Assembly: GCA_030605835.1 (NCBI GenBank)
Contig: JAUWHO010000042.1
Span: 5,732-69,731, forward strand
From: Candidatus Zixiibacteriota bacterium
GTDB taxonomy: Bacteria; Zixibacteria; MSB-5A5; DG-27
Reading direction: 5' to 3'
Length of the DNA: 64,000 bases
Shown one piece after another: positions 57,459-64,000 of the stretch. The translations under genes and the position numbers were made by a program. Within the stretch, counting starts at the first letter, position 1; the number at the start of each line of letters is the position of its first letter. Below the pieces are notes generated by a model, which was given only the letters and a program-made list of their open reading frames with translations, was not told the DNA's origin and searched no databases.

Positions 57459-58895
57459 TCAACCGTCAACGACGTTGATGTAGTCGGCGTCGGAGATGGC
57501 GGTGATCTGACTTCCCACCGGCGCCACGTTGAAGGGGGTGGCGGTCTTGGCCCGCACCCAGTATTTGGTCTCTCCATTGACGCTCTTGATCTGCCAGTCC
57601 GAGGGAGACGAGTGCAAGTCCTCCCACAGATAGACGATGAAGTTGCCGGTGAAGTGATAGGCGCCGGAGTAAGGGGTGAAATCCTGCCAACTGCTACCGT
57701 TCCAGTACTGCCATTCCACCGTCCCGATGGTGCCGCCGGTCGAGAGAATGGCGTGCACCACGCTGAACGGTGCCTCCATCCCTAAATACAGAGTATCGTT
57801 GAGGTCCTTCACTAACGCCCCGGAGGTGGGGTGATAGACATCCGCGGAGGTGGTATCGCCGGCCTCGGTGGTGCGGTCTTCGTATTTGCTGGGGGCATCG
57901 TCATCGTAACAGAAGACCTTGTCAAACAACCCCAGGGCTATCTCCAACGGCTCCGAAGATGAAAAGCTGTCCCCGGACTTATAGTTGTAGTGAAGTCGAT
58001 CCTGAAGAGTTCCGTAATTCTTGGTGAAGAACACATAGGGCGTCACCCCAAAATACCTCAGGGCTGGGGAGCCGCTGTCCTCGAACTCAACCAGATGAAG
58101 TCCCGACCAGGCTCCGCCGTCGTATTCCTTGAAGCAGATTCCACCGACGGTGGGAGCTTTGAAGGCCACCCCAACTCTGTTTTCGGGACTGCTGTCGGAG
58201 GAGAACTGATCGTTGATGTAGCTGCTCATATAGATGCCGACTTCATCCTCCCAACTCCCACCAGTCAGCGGACGGCAACGATAGGCCAAATACGAGCGGT
58301 TGTAGGTGTATATGCAGAAGAGCTTGTTCAGGGCGATCACCAGAGAGCTGTAGCAAGGGTATGCGTAACCGGAGGTGAGGGCCTCGCCGGGATCGTTGGG
58401 GCCCTCTCCCCAGGTGAGACCATCGTCGACGGAGGATTTCACGTGCAGATAATGGCTCGCCTCCGGGGGAGCCACGAAGTAACTCCAGGCCACCCACAGT
58501 TTCCCCCCTTCCTCCCCTATTATGACCGGATAGTAGTTGTCCTGCTGGTCACAGATTGTGACCGGGCTTCCCCCAGACCACTCCCCGGCACCGAAGGTGA
58601 GCTTCACAAACTTGAGATCCATGTTGGTTTGCGCGGTGAAGACAAGATACAGGTTGCTGTCGGTGTCCATGAATGCCGAGAAAGGCTGGTTGGCGCTGCC
58701 ACTCGTTACGGTTGTCGACTCTGACCAGGAGGTGTAGGGCGGGTCCGACCAGCTGTACGCGATGGTGTTGGCGTCTTTGCAGTAGAGGGCAATCAGGCGG
58801 TCAGTGAAGTCGCCGTTCTTCACCCGGAAGAGCTTCCTCTGCGGCGATATCCCGGTGCCGTAAAAGGAGGTGACGGTATCAATCAGTCTCTGCAT
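57459..58895 (-). CDS. Hypothetical protein with an Asp-box (BNR) motif
   Basis: ORF track 478 aa; ATG with CAGGAGAAG upstream; SSVDDGLTWGEG Asp-box; Trp/Tyr/Ser-rich, consistent with a beta-rich carbohydrate-binding or structural protein. Confidence 0.4.
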   Translation of the reverse strand: MQRLIDTVTSFYGTGISPQRKLFRVKNGDFTDRLIALYCKDANTIAYSWSDPPYTSWSESTTVTSGSANQPFSAFMDTDSNLYLVFTAQTNMDLKFVKLTFGAGEWSGGSPVTICDQQDNYYPVIIGEEGGKLWVAWSYFVAPPEASHYLHVKSSVDDGLTWGEGPNDPGEALTSGYAYPCYSSLVIALNKLFCIYTYNRSYLAYRCRPLTGGSWEDEVGIYMSSYINDQFSSDSSPENRVGVAFKAPTVGGICFKEYDGGAWSGLHLVEFEDSGSPALRYFGVTPYVFFTKNYGTLQDRLHYNYKSGDSFSSSEPLEIALGLFDKVFCYDDDAPSKYEDRTTEAGDTTSADVYHPTSGALVKDLNDTLYLGMEAPFSVVHAILSTGGTIGTVEWQYWNGSSWQDFTPYSGAYHFTGNFIVYLWEDLHSSPSDWQIKSVNGETKYWVRAKTATPFNVAPVGSQITAISDADYINVVDG

Positions 58896-58949
58896 GATAG
58901 CTTCTCCTGAGGAGGTGGGGCGGGAGACTCACTCCCGCCCTCGCTGCTC

Positions 58950-60059
58950 TTAACTCCAGGTTATGTCCAAAACCTTGCTGGCGTCCTCGACGATCTTGGC
59001 GTAGGCCACGGATTCGGAGATGACCGCCTCCTCGATCTTCTGCTCCACCACCTTGTCGTATTCCACTAAAAGCGGCTGCGAGAAGACCTCCTCCATGGCG
59101 AAACGGTTGTCCAATCCTAAGATGTAATCGCTGGGGATCTCGTCACACCTCACCAAGCTGGTGCCCAAAGGAGAGATGATCTCTCCGGTCTTCTGGAACT
59201 TGAACCCCGCCATGGGGTCTTTGAACTCCTCCATGGTCAGGATGGTGCGAATCTGGTCCTTGTGGCAGATCAGGGTGTTGAGCTCGAAGGGATAGAGTTC
59301 GTTCCAGAATTTGATGAGGTCGTCGTAGTCTAAGGTGCCGGAGACGTCGGTGTTTATCACCTCCGCGGGGTTGGAGTTGCCGTCGCCGCTTATGATAGTG
59401 TTGACCAGAAGGGCGTTCTTGTCCTGCTGCAGCCGGAAGCCCAAATACCACAAGAGGACTTTGAATTGGGCGGTGGTGCGATAGCGCAACGCCTTGTATG
59501 AGGCCTTCAAGGTCAAGCCGTAATCCGGTATGACGATGGTGTGTTTCTGTTCCGCCACGATGACGGAGGGAAGCTCCGCGGCATCTCCGACCGGACGCAG
59601 GGAGAGCTCGGTGTCGGTGGCGGAGGTGTCGATGAAGAACGGCGTATAGCGGCTGCTGTTGATGATAGTGGAGCTTGCCACCAGGCGATTCAGCTCCGGG
59701 CGCATCTTCTGCCCCCTGCGGATCTCCCGCATGATGAACTCCGGCAACAGGCCCGGGGCCTCCCGGTAGAAAAGCTCCACCGCGGAGGGATTCTTGCCGG
59801 CGGTCTTGATTCCGGCGATCGCCAGCTGCCGCTCGAAGGCATCCAGGGGGGAGTCTGCTTGACTGGGGTCGTAGTTCTCGGACTCCAAAAGCTCGCTGAC
59901 AGTCATTCCCCGAGACTGTGCCTCCAGGTAAGTATCTCTGTCGATCTTGAGCTGTTTGGCCCGGGAGAGATCGACATACCTTTGAGGCTCTCTCTGTTTG
60001 ATCTCATCCTCGACCGAGAGGACCCGACCGTAATTATCTGCAAATTCAGCTAAGTTCAT
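58950..60059 (-). CDS. Putative phage major-capsid-like protein (tentative)
   Basis: ORF track 369 aa; size and position (after protease-like, scaffold-like and DUF2190-like ORFs) fit a capsid gene; no motif confirmed by eye. Confidence 0.3.
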   Translation of the reverse strand: MNLAEFADNYGRVLSVEDEIKQREPQRYVDLSRAKQLKIDRDTYLEAQSRGMTVSELLESENYDPSQADSPLDAFERQLAIAGIKTAGKNPSAVELFYREAPGLLPEFIMREIRRGQKMRPELNRLVASSTIINSSRYTPFFIDTSATDTELSLRPVGDAAELPSVIVAEQKHTIVIPDYGLTLKASYKALRYRTTAQFKVLLWYLGFRLQQDKNALLVNTIISGDGNSNPAEVINTDVSGTLDYDDLIKFWNELYPFELNTLICHKDQIRTILTMEEFKDPMAGFKFQKTGEIISPLGTSLVRCDEIPSDYILGLDNRFAMEEVFSQPLLVEYDKVVEQKIEEAVISESVAYAKIVEDASKVLDITWS

Positions 60060-60195
60060 ATTCTGTTCTCCTCACCGGAGGCTATAAAAAAGCCTCCGGC
60101 TGAAAAAGTTGTCAGTTTGCCGGCCTCAGCTTGACTTGTGGCAGGCAGGATGATATGAGCATTCCCGAATGATCGCAGTGGGAAGCTCGAACGGT

Positions 60196-60618
60196 TTAGT
60201 TCAATATGAGGGTGACCTCAGTGGAGCCGTGAACCGCGATGACGGTGCCCCGGGCGACGTTTCCGCCGGCGGGGTCATTGCCCGCCAGGGCTGGGGCCTG
60301 CTTGACACTGCCGTCGCCATCGACCACCACTCTACCCCCCAACCCCGGCACCGTTGCGGTGGCAGGCAATGTGGCCACGCCTCCCACCTGCACCGTGGCG
60401 ACGCGTTTGCCTTGATCGGCATCGGTCAGGGTCAAATCCGCCAGCTTCCCTAAGAGAACGTCTCCATCGCTGCCGAAACTGACTTCGTAATCGTCGCTGA
60501 TGGCGACCGCTTTTCCGATGTCTTCGTCCTTGAGGTCGTCAACATCTCCGGTCTGATGGATTTCGAAGGTGGCGAAGACCGCCCCCACGTTTTCTAAGTT
60601 CTGATCTCTAACGCTCAT
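60196..60618 (-). CDS. DUF2190-like small Gly/Val/Ala-rich protein (phage head-associated family; tentative)
   Basis: ORF track 140 aa; ...GKLADLTLTDADQGKRVATVQVGGVATLPATATVPGLGGRVVVDGDG pattern resembles DUF2190 from memory. Confidence 0.35.
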   Translation of the reverse strand: MSVRDQNLENVGAVFATFEIHQTGDVDDLKDEDIGKAVAISDDYEVSFGSDGDVLLGKLADLTLTDADQGKRVATVQVGGVATLPATATVPGLGGRVVVDGDGSVKQAPALAGNDPAGGNVARGTVIAVHGSTEVTLILN

Positions 60619-60864
60619 TTCCGTCTCCTATTCTGAGTTATTCTCTGTCCTATCGTTGAGCGGCGACAACGCCGCCTGAAACTGTCAGGCAGGAATGCCT
60701 GACCTGTCATTTCGGTCAGGCAGCAATGTCCGGCCTATTCCTAATATTACATCCCTAATAGGCTGGGCTTTTCCGCCGGGGACTGCCCGAGGCAGTCAAG
60801 CGGATCAGCCTCTGGCTGACCAGCCCAGCGCTCAAATATGCGTGGAGCAGCAATGCCAGACCCT

Positions 60865-61266
60865 TTATTTGAATTCAGATGTGGTGAGGTAATCATCTTC
60901 GGTCAGTTCTTCCTGGTGTGACCCTGGTCGATTCGGCAGACACCGATTGAACTCTGAGGTCACCTCTTTTTTCAGCAACTTCAGATCCTCGTAACTGAGA
61001 TCCTGGCTGTCTAAAAGCTTGGTGATCATGGAGGCCGAGGTGGTCTCCCCTTTCACCTTCGTGATGGCGGAGAGCATCCTTCTCACCTCGTTCTTCACAT
61101 CCTCGGTGATTCTGACAGCTAAGGAGCTTTTTTCGCGAAGATCCACGAGCGCTTCCTTGGCCATCTCCAAATCCGAGATCAGGGCATCGAAGTCGATCAA
61201 ATCCAGGCTTTCAGCTTTTAGAAACCTGGTGTAATCTCCAAGCCTTTCAGCGATATCTTTGGACAT
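60865..61266 (-). CDS. Acidic coiled-coil protein (scaffold-like; tentative)
   Basis: ORF track 133 aa; predicted mostly helical, highly charged (E/D/K-rich). Confidence 0.3.
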   Translation of the reverse strand: MSKDIAERLGDYTRFLKAESLDLIDFDALISDLEMAKEALVDLREKSSLAVRITEDVKNEVRRMLSAITKVKGETTSASMITKLLDSQDLSYEDLKLLKKEVTSEFNRCLPNRPGSHQEELTEDDYLTTSEFK

Positions 61267-61302
61267 TTATTCCTCCACTATGCCGCAACAATCCTCTCAT
61301 TC

Positions 61303-61352
61303 CCCTACCTACTACCTACTCACCACTAACCACTCACCACTCACCACTCACC
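61303..61352. repeat. CTACCTA / CACTCAC 7-nt repeat tract
   Basis: cccctacctactacctactcaccactaaccactcaccactcaccactcacc; overlaps the last codons (GEW) and stop of the 98-aa ORF and precedes the next gene's start. Confidence 0.85.
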
Positions 61353-61637
61353 TTTCCTGGTTTGATATTCGATTTTCATCAACCGAGTGTTGATCTGTTC
61401 CCTGAACTCGAAGAACTCCTCCTTGGTGATGAATTTGCTGTTCAGGAGCACCTCGATGTTGGACAGTCTTTTGTCCAGCTGGTCGACGTTGGCGGCTTCG
61501 GCTTTGTTTGCGAGGTCAAGCCTTATGCCACCTATGGTGGTGTAGTAGGCCGCCAGAACTCCGCAAACCGTGACCAGAAAGGCAACCGCGAACTGTAACA
61601 GTTCCCTTTTGCCCAGGAACTTGACGTTATTCTTCAT
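61341..61637 (-). CDS. Small membrane-anchored coiled-coil protein
   Basis: ORF track 98 aa; N-terminal TM helix LLQFAVAFLVTVCGVLAAYYTTIGGI then heptad-rich region. Confidence 0.35.
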   Translation of the reverse strand: MKNNVKFLGKRELLQFAVAFLVTVCGVLAAYYTTIGGIRLDLANKAEAANVDQLDKRLSNIEVLLNSKFITKEEFFEFREQINTRLMKIEYQTRKGEW

Positions 61638-62706
61638 CTTGAGATTTCATTCTGTAAAAAAGCCAGCGGAATTTTTTGTTGATGATTATCTTCCGGAAGC
61701 GGAAATCCCCGCTCAGGTGTGGAGACAGAAACTGTATCTCCATTAGGTCCCGATTAAGACGGGTAGGTGCTATCTCTTCCGGAGGAATAGTAATATCTTC
61801 GACCGGAATCTCATCCTTTTGTTGCCCCGGTCTGCCGTCCTGCAAACACAAGTCTGCCAGGAAGCATCTGCCCTGTCTGATTCTCTCTTCATATCCGGAG
61901 GGCAGAGCGAACTGATATCTATTCCCGTTGACGGAGAAGGAGAAACGGAATCTCTTGTCCTCTTCTTTCGGGACTTGACCCGGCGGCTTTTGACCCAGGT
62001 AGCCCTGCAGCGAGAAGAAATCTAGCTCCTTGGTGATCCTGGTATTTGGAGTGGCGCCGCGGTAAACTAAAGAGGTCTCCAGAATCTTTTCAACGCCACG
62101 GTAGTTGAAATAAGCGGTCTGGAGCTCACCCGAGGGGCCTCGATACTTACGGAAGGGTATATGTTTGCATTCTCGTATATCCTCTCCGCAGATGCTGCAC
62201 TCCGGGGTGGTGAAGCTGAAGCTGATGGAACACTCCTTGTAGACGCCGGAATCGATGTTGGTTTTTAAGTCTTCCCCCTCCTTGGTCCCTTTGGCCCAGT
62301 AGAAATAGACCTTCACCCAGGAGGTGACCTCTCCCTTTGGGGAGCTATTCGCCCTCTCCACCACCGCGTGGAAATTTCTCGCCACTGGAAGCTTTTCTTT
62401 GGAATGACCGACCATCACCGGGGTGTCGACAAGCAGTGCCGCGATGCGATCGTGCTCCTCCGGAGGGAAGCGGCCGCCGCAGTTGTTCACCGAGTCGGAG
62501 ACTATATACATGGCCCGGATATGAACCTCCCCGTTTTTCACCGGGCGGGGTGGCCGGATGCGTCTGTTTATGAGGTTTATCAGTTCCTCCTCTTTGGAGG
62601 GGCTTTTCGTTCCCGCCTCTAAACGTGCTTTTAGCTTACCGTTCAACTGTGTCAATTTCGCCTCCAAGTGTCTCTCCACCCTATACCCTCTCTTCAGAAA
62701 CAGCAT
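61627..62706 (-). CDS. Putative prohead serine protease-like protein (HK97 gp4 / S78-like core with C-terminal extension; tentative)
   Basis: ORF track 359 aa; ...TPVMVGHS...(about 55 aa)...EGEDLKTNIDSGVYKECSISFSF has His-then-Ser spacing and context similar to caudoviral prohead proteases; start codon uncertain. Confidence 0.35.
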   Translation of the reverse strand: MLFLKRGYRVERHLEAKLTQLNGKLKARLEAGTKSPSKEEELINLINRRIRPPRPVKNGEVHIRAMYIVSDSVNNCGGRFPPEEHDRIAALLVDTPVMVGHSKEKLPVARNFHAVVERANSSPKGEVTSWVKVYFYWAKGTKEGEDLKTNIDSGVYKECSISFSFTTPECSICGEDIRECKHIPFRKYRGPSGELQTAYFNYRGVEKILETSLVYRGATPNTRITKELDFFSLQGYLGQKPPGQVPKEEDKRFRFSFSVNGNRYQFALPSGYEERIRQGRCFLADLCLQDGRPGQQKDEIPVEDITIPPEEIAPTRLNRDLMEIQFLSPHLSGDFRFRKIIINKKFRWLFYRMKSQDEE

Positions 62707-62868
62707 ACAATCGATGGTGTTTTCCCGCAGTGCTGTCGGGAGTTTCCTCCCGTCAGAAACAGTCAGGCCTATGGCGCGAATGCGTTTCCGCTACAGTCGA
62801 ATAGACTGGGCTTTGGAGCCGAGCGGGGGGCTGCTGCACGGGTGGTGCCACGTCGCCACAAACAGCTA

Positions 62869-62990
62869 GGGTGGGGGTTGAACCCCCACCCTCAGGCGGG
62901 CAGAAGATATCCGCCCTGGCGGAGGCCAGGGAGCTACCCATGTGGATTTCGTTCCCAGCGGGGTAGCCCAGTGGCCTCTGCCACTGGGTA
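62869..62990. repeat. Cluster of GC-rich palindromic elements shared with other intergenic regions
   Basis: gggtgggggttgaacccccaccc (also at about 20926-20948) and gggtagcccagtggcctctgccactggg (also at about 7693-7722), copies identical over 26-30 bp. Confidence 0.8.
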
Positions 62991-63117
62991 TGGTATTTCT
63001 TTGCGCCCGGCAAAAGGCAAGGAGGTGGAGTCTAACAATCCCCTATCTACTGTTTGCTGGCTCTGGAAACCTAAGGGTCAGACACCTCGTTTGAGACTCC
63101 CCGTCCGATACCCAAAA

Positions 63118-63216
63118 GGTCACGGATGAGGGCATCCGTGACAAACAGGTTGACTCCGGAGTACGAACGCCCCGGCTATGCCTTCCTGTTCCCTGTTCCC
63201 TGTTTCCTGTCTCCTG
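63118..63216. repeat. Hairpin element (gtcacggatgagggcatccgtgac) followed by CCTGTTC-type 7-nt repeats
   Basis: Variant of the two-hairpin element plus ccttcctgttccctgttccctgtttcctgtctcctg. Confidence 0.75.
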
Positions 63217-63511
63217 AAAACCAGGCGCAGAGGAAACCAACCTCCTCCCGTGAATTGCATCCATCTTCAGAAACAGCATACAATCGGTGGTATTTTTGGT
63301 GTTCATTTCCCATACAGAATATGCAATCGTATTCCTACCGACCTGCCTGTGAGAAGAAGGGTGAAAAGATTTTCATTGGGGTTAAAAAACACACAGCTCT
63401 GTCTCTCCTAACTTCATCTATAACACAGGTTTATCTTGATGGTGGAAAGCCAGGGCGCTGGCACGTTCCTTGCTGAAAAAGGAGCTCGAATTAGAAAATG
63501 AGGAGTTATCG

Positions 63512-64000
63512 ATGAAAAGAATCTACCTACTTTCGTTCGCTCTGGGGACTTTGCTGTTCTTCGGTTCCCCGCTATACGCGTTCAATTTTCAGTATTACGA
63601 TTTCGGGAGCGATCCTTTCACAGCGGACAACAACACCAGCCCGATATGTTATCCCCATGGGATCGGGTATCAGCCCTCGCCGGGTGATAACCCTCAATGG
63701 GAGGGGGGCGAGAAGTTCGACTACGAGGGGCTCTTCGCCCAGGTTGATATGAATTACATCAATGTGGCGGTCACCTCCTCCTTCGGGGACATTGCTCACT
63801 CCACCGGCTGGAATCAGGATTATGCCGCTGGGGACCTTTTCTTCAGCTTCCAGGGGGACGACCGGCTGTTTGCGGTGGACATCACCGATGCCACCCTGTG
63901 GGAGGTGGACACCTGGTTGGGGATTACCGATCGTCCCGGCACCTATTATGACTATCCGGACATCCGGAACCAGATCGGGCCCTGGGCGATTGAGACCGGC
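63512..64000 (+). CDS. Secreted hypothetical protein (partial; continues past window end)
   Basis: ATG preceded by AAAATGAGGAG; translation MKRIYLLSFALGTLLFFGSPLYAFNFQYYDFGSDPF... is open for 163 codons to the window edge; signal peptide; not in ORF track because no stop in window. Confidence 0.6.
   Translation, partial: MKRIYLLSFALGTLLFFGSPLYAFNFQYYDFGSDPFTADNNTSPICYPHGIGYQPSPGDNPQWEGGEKFDYEGLFAQVDMNYINVAVTSSFGDIAHSTGWNQDYAAGDLFFSFQGDDRLFAVDITDATLWEVDTWLGITDRPGTYYDYPDIRNQIGPWAIETG

Overview
64-kb chromosomal window from a high-GC bacterium, probably in the Bacteroidota/FCB lineage (two secreted proteins end in Por/T9SS-type C-terminal sorting domains). Nearly all genes are on the minus strand. 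Core genes: rpmH (partial, at window start), two LptF/LptG-family permeases, citrate synthase, M23 peptidase, MoeA-like, OmpA-family protein with thrombospondin type-3 repeats, thioredoxin, CstA, a PfkB kinase / GT9 heptosyltransferase / TolC-like / MacB-like / MacA-like / MurJ run, rpsT, rpsF-rpsR-DUF2232-rplI, pth, glyQS, recO, ftsB-like, enolase. Accessory genes: a serpin next to a truncated FAD-oxidoreductase-like remnant, a GT2/GT39 glycosylation module, an ASKHA (GlmL/MutL-like) plus NYN cluster, a membrane-anchored sulfatase-like enzyme. The most unusual region is a ~9-kb minus-strand block (53.7-62.7 kb) with phage-head-like genes (prohead-protease-like, scaffold-like, DUF2190-like, capsid-like) and an M15 peptidase, but no recognisable terminase, portal or tail genes. 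Intergenic DNA is highly structured: purine-rich 7-nt tandem repeats placed directly 3' of stop codons, several families of GC-rich palindromic elements, and a tandem duplication of the citrate synthase 3' end carrying repeated terminators. No rRNA, tRNA or CRISPR array was seen by eye. All calls rest on reading the supplied translations and sequence; no database search was run, and coordinates I derived myself (promoters, terminators, repeats) are approximate to a few bp.
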